The notes under the pieces: generated by a model
The model's input: only the letters and a program-made list of their open reading frames with translations
Told to the model about the DNA's origin: nothing
Databases searched by the model: none
Shown: piece after piece, positions 18,317-28,657 of the stretch
Layout: each line of letters starts with the position of its first letter
Position numbering within the stretch: the stretch's first letter is position 1
DNA from: Gemmatimonadota bacterium
GTDB lineage: Bacteria; Gemmatimonadota; Gemmatimonadetes; Palauibacterales; Palauibacteraceae
Assembly (NCBI GenBank): GCA_039589195.1
Contig: JBDHHV010000002.1
Location: forward strand, 1,126 to 65,125
Direction: 5' to 3'
Length of the DNA: 64,000 nt
Translations under genes and position numbers: made by a program

Positions 18317-21300
18317 CTACCGGTTCGGCGCGCGGAGGCGGAGCTCGGAGCCTCGCTCCATTACATCTCGGGTGATGTTTTCTTCCGAAACCCGTCCATC
18401 GGGCCAGTGCACGCGGACCGCGGTGGGACGACCGCTGAACCCCAGCGTCTGAACGGCCTCATCGCGCGACCAGTACCCTCCACCGGAGCGCACCTCGCGA
18501 AGCGGGCCGAGCTCGTCCTCGTAGATGAGTTGCACGCTCGCACCGATGGCCTGCGGATTCGCCGGGCTTCCAGTCAAGCGAATCCTGATTCCCGGCGTCG
18601 CACCGACGTTTCGATACAACTTTGTCGGCGCGCCATTCTGAGCCACAACGAGATCCACTCGCCCGTCGCGATCGTAGTCGGCGAACGCCGCGCCTCTCGC
18701 GTCCCCGTACACCGCGATTCCGGAGACCTGACCCGGGACGGGGACCAGGCCTCCCCGACCATTACCGCGTAGCCACAGGCTCCGGCCCGCATCGTGGCGT
18801 GGGATCCCGCGTCGCATCGGGAAGAAGTTCTGCGTGATGAGCACGTCCTCGGCCCCGTCTCCATCCAGGTCCGCCACACCCACATGGGACGCGGGCGCGA
18901 GCTGGGCCTCGAGCGGGAGCGGGACGGCCTCGAAGTGCGTCCGGCGGTTCAGAAAGAGCATGTGCTGGAGGGTGACGACCTGGAGCCGGCCCGCCTGGGC
19001 GATGGTCTCGCCAAAGAGATCGTCCAGGTCGGCCGTCACGAAGGCTTCATGCCCTCCGGGACGCCGTTGCAGGAACGGAATCCCACGTCCGAGCTGGTCC
19101 AGTCGACCCAACGACCGCAGCTTCCCGCCCGGCTCCGGGAGCGCCTCGACGAGATCCAGCGTCCCGTTTCGATCCAGGTCGCCGTACACGAGCGTATAGC
19201 GGTCGTCGTGCTCCGCGTGCTCGGTGTTGCTCCCCCACCCCGTGACCACGAGATCGGGATTCCCGTCCCCGTTCAGATCGCCAGTCGTCACCCCGTTCCA
19301 GCGGCCGAGTGCTTCCCCGAGTCCGAGCGCGTCCGTCGCATCGGTGAACACGCCGCCCTCGTTGCTGAAGACCCGCACGGGGCCCCACTCGGTCGCGAGC
19401 ACGAGATCCGGATCACCATCCACATCGATATCCGAGAACACGGCCGCGGTCACGAGACCGACGTCGACGAACGGGGTGGAAAGTGCCGAGTCGGGGAGAA
19501 ACCGACCTCCCTCGTTCCGGAGGAGACGCGAGGACGCGGCGATGGGGTACGCGACGGGGATCACCCGGCCACCGACGAACAGATCGAGATCCCCATCGCC
19601 GTCCACGTCGGCCTGGGCGAGGGCGCCTGCCGTGCTCCGGTCGCCGGGGACGGCCGGCTCGACGGAACCAGCTCGGGCTCCATCCCCGCCCAGCGACAGG
19701 CGCACGACCGATGGGATCGCGATGGCCTCGGCGGGTGAGCTGGCCTCGTAGGACATTTCACCGACGAGAAGATCGTGTCCCGCTCCCGTCGCACTCGGTC
19801 CGGCCGTGCCGGAAGCGCCGGGCTCGGCCGGGAGTCCGAGTACCGTCGTCTGATCCCAGGCCACGTCACCCCAGCCGTTATCCACCGGCTCGAGCGACCC
19901 CGCGTCGTTCCGATAGTAGGCCAGCCGACCGCCGCGTCCACCCGCGATGACCAGGTCGGGGTCACCGTCACCGTCCGCATCCAACCACGTGACACCGGGA
20001 CCGAGCTGGCTCAAGCGATTGGGGAGCAAAGGCTGGCGGAGCGCATCGTCGAACGGCGTGTCGACGTGGACGTGTCCAAGGCTGGCGGACACGTCGATGA
20101 AATGTGTCTCCCGCGTCTCTCGCGCGGCTCCCGGTCCTCGCGCGGCTCCCGGTCCCGGCGTGGTGCCTGGCCCGCCCGCCTCGGGCTGCCCGGTACTGTC
20201 CTCCTCGATCTCGTACAGCCGGTTCGGCTGGACGTCGGCGATCCGGGTCTCGCCCCCACCCGGCCACTCAACGATCAACTCTAGGGGATCGCCGTCGCCC
20301 GCGGCGAAGGTCATGGCTCCGTCGGACGAGGACAGGTAGAAGCCGCCCGCCGTAACCTGCTTCTGCTGCTCCCCGGCCGGGTGACCGAGAAGCCGCACCC
20401 GTGCACCTACTCCGCCGGTGTTGGGTGGCTTTCCGGTCAGGCGCACGGCCACTCGCGCGGCGCCGGACTCGTTTCGGTACAGGGCCGGTGGATCCCCGTA
20501 GCGTGTCACCACCAAATCCCGATCCCCATCGCCGTCCAGGTCGGCCGATGCGATCCCGTGGGAGATGTCGGCCTCCGCTCCGAACCCCCAGCCCTCGCTC
20601 ACGTCCTCGAAGGTGGAGCTCCCCCGGTTCCGGAATGCGGCGTTCGGCTGCGGGAGGCTCGGGAAGGTGCTCAACTCACGCTGCCAGTCCACCGCGCCGG
20701 GCGCGGCTCGGAGGCGCGCGTGCGTGTCCGCATCCAGTTGATCCCACAGGTGCCCGGTGGTGACGAGAAGATCCTCGTACCCATCCAGATCCACATCCAG
20801 GAAGAGCGCGCCCCAGGTCCAATCCGATGCGGCGATGCCCGCCGCCCATGCGACCTCGGCAAACGTCCCGTCACCCCGATTCAGTTGCAGGGTGTTCCGG
20901 TTTACCTGCGGGCGCGGATCGATCTCGCCCGGCGCGACCGGGTCCGGCATCACGCTCGGCACCTGCATCAAGCGGCGCCCTCGATCACGCGCCAGCATGT
21001 CGGTGGTGAGCAGGTCCACGTCCCCATCGCGGTCCAAGTCGGAGAAGTCGACCGTCATGGAGGAGAGGCTCGTGGTGCGGATCGCGATCGCGGGCGCCGC
21101 GCGGAAAACGCCGTCCCCATCGTTCAGCCACACGTGATCCGGACTCGAGAAATCGTTCGCCACGTACAGATCGGCGTCGCCGTCCAGGTCCCAGTCGTGA
21201 AACCGCGCGCTGAGGCCCCAATCTCTCGGCGAGGCGCTCAGCGGCTCCCCTGCTTCGTCCAGAAAGCGCCCGCCGGTGAAGTCGATGCGCTCGAACCGGC

Positions 21301-22126
21301 CGCTCCCGTCGTTGAGATAGAACTCGTCGGGCTCGCCTAGCTCCCAGCGTCTGGTGACGGTGCCTTCCACTTCGAGCCGATAGTGCCCTTCCAGCTCGGG
21401 GGGGAGCCGAACGGCTCCCATCTCATCCGGCCGGATCCGGTCGAACGAGCGCTGCGCGGGAGAGAACACGTCGTCGGCCTGGCGGGTCTTGTAGTTGGCG
21501 ACGTAGAGGTCCAGGTCACCGTCCCCGTCGGCATCGGCGAGCGCCGGCGTGGTGCTCCCGGCCTCGGTCATGAACCCGGCATCGGGGCGCTCGACGAAGC
21601 GGCCGGCGCCATCGTTCAGGAAGAGCCGGTTGCGGGCCCCGTGGACGGTGACGACGAGGTCGAGGTCCTTGTCCGCATCGACGTCGGCGAAGGCGGCGCC
21701 CCGCGCCGCGAGACCGGACAGGGCCAGCCCGGCGCGCTCCGTCACATCCTCGAAATGCAACCTGCCCTGGTTTCGGTACAACACGCTCTGTCCAGCGACA
21801 CCGGCGAAGAAGAGGTCGGCGAGCCCGTCTCCGTCCACGTCGCCGATCGCGACCCCGCCACCCTCGGCCAGGATTCGGTTCTCGAGCCGGCTCTCCTCGG
21901 AGACCTCGTACAGGAAAGAGATCCCGGCCCGTCGCGCATCCACCCGCGTGAAGCCCGCCCGGCCGCCACGCACCGAGAGCGGACGCCAACGGTAGCCGTC
22001 CTCTTCCACCCACCCGGGTGGGGGCGAATCACCGCCGCACGCCGCGAGGCTTCCGCCGGCGCCGAGGAGAATGGCGAGCCATGGCGTTCGGGCAGGCGCC
22101 CCCGCTCTCACGAATCCTCCCGCCAC
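18317..22126 (-). CDS. CRTAC1-like lipoprotein: tandem double unit of FG-GAP/VCBS beta-propeller repeats plus ASPIC/UnbV domains. GTG start.
   Basis: Lipobox LAILLGAGGSLAACGG. Many DVDGDG/DADGDGD FG-GAP calcium-binding repeats. Two UnbV-like modules (mid-protein and the C-terminal ...GGGYWSRDEAVQTLGF...VRVHWPDGRV). Confidence 0.7.
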   Translation of the reverse strand: MAGGFVRAGAPARTPWLAILLGAGGSLAACGGDSPPPGWVEEDGYRWRPLSVRGGRAGFTRVDARRAGISFLYEVSEESRLENRILAEGGGVAIGDVDGDGLADLFFAGVAGQSVLYRNQGRLHFEDVTERAGLALSGLAARGAAFADVDADKDLDLVVTVHGARNRLFLNDGAGRFVERPDAGFMTEAGSTTPALADADGDGDLDLYVANYKTRQADDVFSPAQRSFDRIRPDEMGAVRLPPELEGHYRLEVEGTVTRRWELGEPDEFYLNDGSGRFERIDFTGGRFLDEAGEPLSASPRDWGLSARFHDWDLDGDADLYVANDFSSPDHVWLNDGDGVFRAAPAIAIRTTSLSSMTVDFSDLDRDGDVDLLTTDMLARDRGRRLMQVPSVMPDPVAPGEIDPRPQVNRNTLQLNRGDGTFAEVAWAAGIAASDWTWGALFLDVDLDGYEDLLVTTGHLWDQLDADTHARLRAAPGAVDWQRELSTFPSLPQPNAAFRNRGSSTFEDVSEGWGFGAEADISHGIASADLDGDGDRDLVVTRYGDPPALYRNESGAARVAVRLTGKPPNTGGVGARVRLLGHPAGEQQKQVTAGGFYLSSSDGAMTFAAGDGDPLELIVEWPGGGETRIADVQPNRLYEIEEDSTGQPEAGGPGTTPGPGAARGPGAARETRETHFIDVSASLGHVHVDTPFDDALRQPLLPNRLSQLGPGVTWLDADGDGDPDLVIAGGRGGRLAYYRNDAGSLEPVDNGWGDVAWDQTTVLGLPAEPGASGTAGPSATGAGHDLLVGEMSYEASSPAEAIAIPSVVRLSLGGDGARAGSVEPAVPGDRSTAGALAQADVDGDGDLDLFVGGRVIPVAYPIAASSRLLRNEGGRFLPDSALSTPFVDVGLVTAAVFSDIDVDGDPDLVLATEWGPVRVFSNEGGVFTDATDALGLGEALGRWNGVTTGDLNGDGNPDLVVTGWGSNTEHAEHDDRYTLVYGDLDRNGTLDLVEALPEPGGKLRSLGRLDQLGRGIPFLQRRPGGHEAFVTADLDDLFGETIAQAGRLQVVTLQHMLFLNRRTHFEAVPLPLEAQLAPASHVGVADLDGDGAEDVLITQNFFPMRRGIPRHDAGRSLWLRGNGRGGLVPVPGQVSGIAVYGDARGAAFADYDRDGRVDLVVAQNGAPTKLYRNVGATPGIRIRLTGSPANPQAIGASVQLIYEDELGPLREVRSGGGYWSRDEAVQTLGFSGRPTAVRVHWPDGRVSEENITRDVMERGSELRLRAPNR

Positions 22127-22153
22127 ATGCTCACGAGCCAGTCGCTGGCGCCC

Positions 22154-25100
22154 TCACCGATCCTCCGCCGGGACCGGCATGGGGATCTCGAGCTCCGTCA
22201 CTCCTTCCGGCACCGGAGTCTCGGTCACCACGCCCCCGGGCCAACGCACTTCGATGGCGCGCGGTGGCTCGCGCAGCCCCAGGACCTGGACCAGATCGTT
22301 CTGCGACCAGTAGCCGGAGCCTGACTGAATCTCACGCACGGGACCCGACCCGGCGGCGTACAACACCCGCAGGCCGGCACCGACGCCATGCGGGTTCCCC
22401 GGTGGCCCGAGCAGCCGCACGCGGAGACCCGGCTCGGCGCCGACGTTGCGAAACAGGAGCGTGGCGGTGCCGTTCTGGCTCACGACCAGATCGGTGCGCG
22501 CGTCACCGTCGTAGTCGGCGAGCGCCGCTCCGCGGGGGTCGCCGTAGACCGCGACGCCGCTCTCGGTGGCCGGGACCGGCTCCAGCGCCCCGCTCCCATC
22601 GCCGGCCAGCCACAGGCTCCGACCCGCATCGTATCGCGGGGTCTCGGGCTCCGTCGCGAAGAAGTTCTGCGTCAGGAACACATCCTCGTGGCCATCCCCC
22701 TGGAGATCCGCCACCCCCACGTAGAACGCCGGCGCGACCTGCGCCGCGCTCGGCAGGCGAACGGGCTCGAATCTGTCTCCACGATTCAGGAAGAGCGTGT
22801 GTGACAGGGTCCGGGCCTCCAGCCGAGTCGCCGCGCTCAGTTGCTCGCCAAAGACGGCGGTGAAGGTGGCCTCCGAGTAGGCCTCGAACGAGGGCACGAA
22901 GCGGCGCAGGGCCGGGATGGCTCTCTCGAGCCGGCGCAGGGGCTCGAGCGACGCGATGTCCCCGATCCGGGTGTCGTGTCTGGCGCGCACCACCTCGTAC
23001 GTGCCGTTCCCATCCACGTCACCGTGGTACAGGTAGAGTGGGTGCTCCGGCGTCGCCTCGAACCCCGTGTTATCCCCCCATGAGGTGGCGATCAGGTCCG
23101 GGCGGCCGTCCTCGTCCAGATCGCCGCTCGCGAGCCCGTTCCACGGCCCGCTCCACGCGTCGAGTCCGTACTGGCGCGTGGCGTCCCGGAATGCTCCCGC
23201 GTCGTTTCGGAACAGGCGGATCGCCCCCCACTCCAATGCGAGGACCAGATCGGGGTCGCCGTCCTGATCCACGTCGCTGAACAGTGCAGCCGAGACCATG
23301 CCGATCGCCCCCAGCAGGGGGTCCATCCCCGTGTCGGGCTCGAAGACGCCCTCGACGTTCCGGAACAGGCGCGAGGGGACGGCGGTCGGGTAAACCGTGG
23401 GGGCGACGCGCCCCCCGACGAACAGGTCCAGGTCTCCGTCGGCATCCACATCGGCCAGCGCGAGCGGGCCGACGGTGGGCAACGCACCGGGAACCGCGGG
23501 CCCCACGTGCGCGCTGGCACGCCCCGTCCCCAAACCCGCGAGCCGCGCGCGAAGCACCGACGGCACCTCACGGGCCTCCTGCGGGCTCGAGGCCTCGTAG
23601 TTCATCTGGCCGATCAGCAACTCGACCCCGCCATCCGCCGTCGGCAGGCCGAGGATCGTGCTCTGGTCGAGCGAGGACGCCGGCATCTCAACACTCACCG
23701 GGCTCAGGCGCCCGGCGTCGTTTCGATACAGGGCCAGCCGCCCGCCGCTACCACTCCCGACGACGAGGTCCGGGTCTTCGTCCCCATCCACGTCGATCCA
23801 CGACACGCCGGGGCCCAGCTGGCTGAGCCGATACGGGAGAAGGGGTTGGCGCAGGAACTCGTCGAACGAGGACTCGGCATGGGCGTGCCCCAACGGCACC
23901 TGCTCGAAGATCAATGCCCCCGCTGCCGTCGCTGGAGCGGACGTGGGGATTCCGGGCGCCGCCTCCGGTTCGCGCACCTCGTACAGCCGGTTCGGGACGA
24001 CGCCGTCGACCCGCGTCGTCTCCCCGCTCGGCCAGCGCACCTCGATCGAAAGCGGGCCATCGCCGCCGGCCGCGAACGTGTACGCAGGCTCCGAGCTCGA
24101 AAGATACGATGCGGTCGCCGTCACCTCCCTACGCTGCTCGGCCACGGACCCACCCAACACATGGATCGTCGCGCCGATCCCCCGGGTGTTCGGAGCGAGC
24201 CCGTCGAGCCGCACCCTCACACGCGGGGCCGATGACTCGTTCCGCAGGACCAGCGGCGGCGCGTTCAAGCGCGATACGACGAGATCCGAGTCGCCATCCC
24301 CGTCCAGATCGCCGCCCGCGATGCCCTGGGCGATGTCCGGCTCCACACCGAACCCCCAGCGCTCCGAGCGCTCGTCGAACGTGGAGTCGCCCCGGTTGTG
24401 GAACGCCAGGTTCGGGAGGAGGAGCGGTGGATACAGCCGGTTCTCCACCTGCCAGTCGATCTGGCCGCGCGCCTCGCCGGCCCGCATCTGGAGATCCGCG
24501 TCGAGCAGATCCCAGGCGTGGCCGGTGGTCAGAAGAAGATCTTCGTACCCATCCAGATCCACATCCAGGAAGAGCGCGCCCCAGGTCCAATCCGAGCCCG
24601 TGATCCCCGCCATCGGCGCCAGGTCGGCGTACGTACCGTCTCCCCGATTGAGCTGCAGGGTATTGCGGGTTCGCTGCGGGCGGCTCGTCAGGTCGCCGGG
24701 GCCGGTGGTGTCCGGCAACATCTGGGGGAGGATCCGCTTGCGGCGTACCTCATCCACCCCTTCCATGTCCGCCGTGAAGAGATCCTCGACCCCGTCGCGG
24801 TCCACGTCGGCGAAGTCCAGCGTCATGCAAGCGAGGCTCGTCGTCCGGATGAGCTCCGGGGGGGCTGCCCGGAACCGCCCTCCTCCGTCGTTGATCCAGA
24901 TGTGGTCGGGGCTCTCGAAGTCGTTGCACACGTACAGGTCGGGTATCGCGTCCCCGTTCAGGTCGTGGAAGCGGACGCTCAAGCCCCAGTCGCGCGGCGC
25001 CTCGGTCAGGGGCTCGCCGCGCTCGTCGAGGAAGCGTCCGCCGGTGAACGAAACCGGCTCGAACCGGCCCGCACCGTCGTTCAGGTAGAACTCGTCTTCC

Positions 25101-25927
25101 TCGGCGAGCTCGAAGCGACGGACGAAGTCTCCGATCCTCGTGACCCGGTAGTGGTCGGCGAACTCCGGAACGACCTCGTAACGCTCGCCCCGGCGCACCA
25201 TGACCCGCTCCGAGGTCCGGTCTTCGGGGGGGAACAGGTCGCGCGCGACACGAGTCTTGTTGTTGGTGACGTAGAGGTCCAGGTCGCCATCCCCGTCGAC
25301 GTCGGCGAGCGTCATGCTCCGGCTGGCGCGGGATACCCGGAAGCCGGCCTCCCCGGACACGTCGGTGAAGACACCTGTCCCGTCGTTGATCAGCAGACTG
25401 TTCGGGTGACCCGTCGCCGTGACGATGAGGTCGAGATCGCCGTCCCCATCCACATCCGCGAACGCCGCCCCCGTCGACGCACGGTCCGCCAGGGCGACCC
25501 CCGCGCCCTCCGTGATCTCCTCGAACTGCCACCCACCCAGGTTCCGGTACAGGGCGTTGGGGCCGGCGATACGACACAGGTATACATCGGTCCGCCCGTC
25601 CCCATCCACGTCGCCCAGCGCCACCCCCGACCCATCCGCCAGCGTACGATTCTCGAGCGCGAGCGCCGCGGGCAGCTCGTTCGCAGCTTCGATCCCGGTT
25701 CGCCCGGGCGACAGGATCTCGAACCCTGCCGTCTCCCGGCCTTCGACGTCGAGCGCCAGCCAGCGGTGGTCCGCGCCCTCCTGCCATTCGGCCGGCGCAT
25801 CCCCTCCACACCCGACCACGAGCGCGGTCAGACACATGAGCCCCGCGAACAGGGCATGCCCCGTGAGGAGGGCGGGCCCCGTGACGAGGGCGCGCCCCGC
25901 ATGGCGCGCGGGCCCGGAGACGAGCAC
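22154..25927 (-). CDS. CRTAC1-like lipoprotein, paralog B (double FG-GAP/UnbV unit). Start uncertain: GTG at 25927 or ATG at 25837.
   Basis: Same architecture as 18317..22126. Lipobox LTALVVGCGG. Two UnbV-like modules. C-terminus GSGYWSQNDLVQVLGL...IEVRWPGGVV. Confidence 0.65.
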   Translation of the reverse strand: MLVSGPARHAGRALVTGPALLTGHALFAGLMCLTALVVGCGGDAPAEWQEGADHRWLALDVEGRETAGFEILSPGRTGIEAANELPAALALENRTLADGSGVALGDVDGDGRTDVYLCRIAGPNALYRNLGGWQFEEITEGAGVALADRASTGAAFADVDGDGDLDLIVTATGHPNSLLINDGTGVFTDVSGEAGFRVSRASRSMTLADVDGDGDLDLYVTNNKTRVARDLFPPEDRTSERVMVRRGERYEVVPEFADHYRVTRIGDFVRRFELAEEDEFYLNDGAGRFEPVSFTGGRFLDERGEPLTEAPRDWGLSVRFHDLNGDAIPDLYVCNDFESPDHIWINDGGGRFRAAPPELIRTTSLACMTLDFADVDRDGVEDLFTADMEGVDEVRRKRILPQMLPDTTGPGDLTSRPQRTRNTLQLNRGDGTYADLAPMAGITGSDWTWGALFLDVDLDGYEDLLLTTGHAWDLLDADLQMRAGEARGQIDWQVENRLYPPLLLPNLAFHNRGDSTFDERSERWGFGVEPDIAQGIAGGDLDGDGDSDLVVSRLNAPPLVLRNESSAPRVRVRLDGLAPNTRGIGATIHVLGGSVAEQRREVTATASYLSSSEPAYTFAAGGDGPLSIEVRWPSGETTRVDGVVPNRLYEVREPEAAPGIPTSAPATAAGALIFEQVPLGHAHAESSFDEFLRQPLLPYRLSQLGPGVSWIDVDGDEDPDLVVGSGSGGRLALYRNDAGRLSPVSVEMPASSLDQSTILGLPTADGGVELLIGQMNYEASSPQEAREVPSVLRARLAGLGTGRASAHVGPAVPGALPTVGPLALADVDADGDLDLFVGGRVAPTVYPTAVPSRLFRNVEGVFEPDTGMDPLLGAIGMVSAALFSDVDQDGDPDLVLALEWGAIRLFRNDAGAFRDATRQYGLDAWSGPWNGLASGDLDEDGRPDLIATSWGDNTGFEATPEHPLYLYHGDVDGNGTYEVVRARHDTRIGDIASLEPLRRLERAIPALRRFVPSFEAYSEATFTAVFGEQLSAATRLEARTLSHTLFLNRGDRFEPVRLPSAAQVAPAFYVGVADLQGDGHEDVFLTQNFFATEPETPRYDAGRSLWLAGDGSGALEPVPATESGVAVYGDPRGAALADYDGDARTDLVVSQNGTATLLFRNVGAEPGLRVRLLGPPGNPHGVGAGLRVLYAAGSGPVREIQSGSGYWSQNDLVQVLGLREPPRAIEVRWPGGVVTETPVPEGVTELEIPMPVPAEDR

Positions 25928-25946
25928 CGGCTGTCCGCGCTCCGGG

Positions 25947-28520
25947 TCATTCACCGTCGGCAGATCCCGCGGCCTGGGTACCGATCGAGCGCTGAAAGAG
26001 CTCGAAGATGCGGCGGTACTCGTCGGTCCACGACGTCGGCTCCACGAAGCCGTGGTTCTCCACCGGGTAGACCGCCATCTCCCAATTCTCCTTGCCGAGC
26101 TCGATGAGGCGCTGCGCCAGACGCACCACATCCGAGAAGTGCACGTTCGTGTCGTACATCCCGTGCGCGATCAGGAGATGCCCCTTCAGGCCGTCGGCGA
26201 AATAGATGGGTGAGGAGCGGCGGTACGCCTCCTCATCTCCGTCGGGGAGGTTGAGGATACGGCTCGTGTACCAGTGGTTGTAGTGGGCCCAGTCGGTCAC
26301 CGAGCGGAGCGCGGCGCCTGCCGCGAACACGTCCGGTTCCGTGAACAGCGCCATCAGCGTGATGAACCCGCCGTACGAGCCGCCGTAGATGCCGATGCGA
26401 CCCGGATCCACGCCCTCGGCGCTCGCCAGGTAGCCAGCCCCATCGACCTGATCGCTCAGATCCCAGCCGCCCATGTGCCGGTAGATCGCGGTGCGCCAAT
26501 CACGCCCGTACCCCGCCGAGCCCCGGTAATCGATGTCGAGAACGGTATATCCGTTGGCGGCGAGGAAGTGGTGGAACATGTACTCGCGGTAGTAGCTCGA
26601 CCACCAGTTGTGCACGTTGTGCAGGTAGCCCGCCCCGTGAACGAAGACCACCCCCGCTCCGTTCGCACGGGCGCCCACGTCGGAGGGCCGGTAGATGCGA
26701 GCCGGCACGCCGGTCCCATCACGGGCTTCGACCCGCACGATCTCGGGCTGGATCCAGGGGAAGGTCAGCCACTCGGCCGTCGGCGATACGGTCACCTGGT
26801 CGAGCGCGGAATCGATGTCATTATCGCTCACGAACAACTCGGGCGGCCGGTTGGAACGCGAGACGAGCACAGCCAGCCGGTCCCCACCGGGTGAGGGGGT
26901 CGTCCGGTACGATCCTTCGCCGGCCAGCACCTGCGTCCGCCGCGCGCCGTCGAACTCCATCCGCCACGGGTGAAGGTCGAACGGCGACACCTCGCTCGTG
27001 TGGAGCAGGAACCTGTCGCGTCCCTCTGGGATCGTGACCGACTGCACCTCCCACTCGCCGCTCGTGAGCTGGCGCCGGTCCGAGCCGTCCACGTCGATCG
27101 CGTACAGGTGGGCGTAGCCGGTTTCCTCGCTCACGTACCACGCCCGCGGTCCGTCCGCGGACACGGGGGCGTCGTCCGGGAACCAGCCGAGGCACCCACC
27201 ACCGAAGCGCGGGAAGCACGGACCACCGACCCAGGCCTCATCCTCGTGAGAATCCAGCAACGTGAGCTCGCCGGTCGCGGCCTCGAGCGCGTACAGGCGC
27301 CAGGCCTTGTAGTCGAAGTCGACCGCGAACAGGAGACCGTGCGTGCCCTCATCGTTCCACCCGGCGAACCGGGCGACGGCCAGGGCCGGGGTCTTCGCTC
27401 CGGATTGCCGCGTGGCCTCGGCCCCTCCGGCACCCTCGCCCGCCCCGGCGCCCTCGGCTGCCCCGGCACCCTCGACGGCCCCCGGCTCGTCGGCCTCGGC
27501 CTCCGCTGCGGGCTCATCGCCCTCTTCCGCATCGGACGCGGTCAGATCCAGCCAGGTCGCCCCACCCGTCTCCACGTCTATGAGAGCGATACGGGCCTCG
27601 GACTGTTCGTCCCCGACCTTCGCCCGCACCTGGCTGTCCTCCGTATATCCGGAAGTGGTCACCCAACGCGGAACGAGCGTCTGCGTGGCGTCCTGAGCCG
27701 GCTTTGTCACGGTCGCCACCACGAACGCGCCCGTCGGGTCGGGCGCGAGGGCCTGTACGCGCTCTATCGAATCCAGGTACAGCGGCTCCGGGCGCTCGGC
27801 CTCTCGCCGGTCTTGATCGGCTTCCCGGCGCTCGTCCCGCTCTTCCGCGACGCGCACATGCTCGAACAGCTCGCGCTGCTGCTCTTCCAGGAACCCTTTG
27901 TGGCCTTCGGCGGGCTCGTCGTCCTTTGGCGCGGGGCCGCTGCGGACGTCCGTCAGCTGGCGCACGGCTCCATCGGCACGCGTCAGCGAGTACAGGTTGC
28001 CGTTGCGGCGGAATAACACCTGCTGGTCATCACCCGAGAAGGCGGGCGAGCTCTCCGCCTCGGTCGTCCGGGTGAGTCGGCGTACCGATCCGGTGGCGCG
28101 CTCGACCAGGTACAGATCGCCTTCGACCGAGGTCACACGCCACGCGTGGTCGGCCGACACGTCGCCACCGGAAAAGTGCACGGCAAGCGAGTCCGCCGCC
28201 TCGTCGTCGAGCCGTTCCGGTTCTCCACCGGTGGCCGGGACCCGGTACAGATCGCGCTCCTCGTGCCACGCCTGACCTCCCGGAAGCCACCGGAAGTAGA
28301 TCCACTGCCCATCATCGGTCCATCGAACGCCCGTGGGGGCCTGACCCACCAGCTCCGCGCCCCGCATGATGCTCTGGATTGTGAGCGGGAACTCGAATCC
28401 CACCGTCACCTCGGGTTCCTGCAGAGCGGTCGTTTGCCCCAGCAATGGCCTGGCCGGCAGGAGGGTGAGGACGGAAAGCGCCAGTACACGGTGGTTTGCT
28501 ACCGGTAGTCGCATCGTCAT
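25947..28520 (-). CDS. S9 family serine peptidase (prolyl oligopeptidase / dipeptidyl-peptidase type) with N-terminal beta-propeller and an internal low-complexity insert
   Basis: Signal peptide. C-terminal alpha/beta hydrolase with GGSYGG (GxSxG), plus D and H (ENHGF). Confidence 0.85.
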   Translation of the reverse strand: MTMRLPVANHRVLALSVLTLLPARPLLGQTTALQEPEVTVGFEFPLTIQSIMRGAELVGQAPTGVRWTDDGQWIYFRWLPGGQAWHEERDLYRVPATGGEPERLDDEAADSLAVHFSGGDVSADHAWRVTSVEGDLYLVERATGSVRRLTRTTEAESSPAFSGDDQQVLFRRNGNLYSLTRADGAVRQLTDVRSGPAPKDDEPAEGHKGFLEEQQRELFEHVRVAEERDERREADQDRREAERPEPLYLDSIERVQALAPDPTGAFVVATVTKPAQDATQTLVPRWVTTSGYTEDSQVRAKVGDEQSEARIALIDVETGGATWLDLTASDAEEGDEPAAEAEADEPGAVEGAGAAEGAGAGEGAGGAEATRQSGAKTPALAVARFAGWNDEGTHGLLFAVDFDYKAWRLYALEAATGELTLLDSHEDEAWVGGPCFPRFGGGCLGWFPDDAPVSADGPRAWYVSEETGYAHLYAIDVDGSDRRQLTSGEWEVQSVTIPEGRDRFLLHTSEVSPFDLHPWRMEFDGARRTQVLAGEGSYRTTPSPGGDRLAVLVSRSNRPPELFVSDNDIDSALDQVTVSPTAEWLTFPWIQPEIVRVEARDGTGVPARIYRPSDVGARANGAGVVFVHGAGYLHNVHNWWSSYYREYMFHHFLAANGYTVLDIDYRGSAGYGRDWRTAIYRHMGGWDLSDQVDGAGYLASAEGVDPGRIGIYGGSYGGFITLMALFTEPDVFAAGAALRSVTDWAHYNHWYTSRILNLPDGDEEAYRRSSPIYFADGLKGHLLIAHGMYDTNVHFSDVVRLAQRLIELGKENWEMAVYPVENHGFVEPTSWTDEYRRIFELFQRSIGTQAAGSADGE
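27405..27539 (-). repeat. Low-complexity Glu/Ala/Gly tandem repeat inside the S9 peptidase
   Basis: Protein: EPAAEAEADEPGAVEGAGAAEGAGAGEGAGGAEAT. DNA: degenerate GAGGG(C/T)GCCGGGG-like units. Confidence 0.7.
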
Positions 28521-28657
28521 GCTCGCGGCTCGGGTAACTCGACGTCGGCACGCGGACCCGGGCTGTCGCCGGGCGCGCCTATGTGTCGGGAGAAACTACG
28601 GTGAGGTGGTATTGCCGCCAGCGCGGAGGGTTCGCGGGGGGGGTCAGCGGCGGGGTA

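Noticed and set aside
28636-28643. G8 homopolymer / near-G-quadruplex in the intergenic region between the S9 peptidase start and the rfbD stop
   Set aside because: Single tract with one loop longer than 7 nt and no supporting context. Possible slipped-strand site, but there is no evidence of phase variation.
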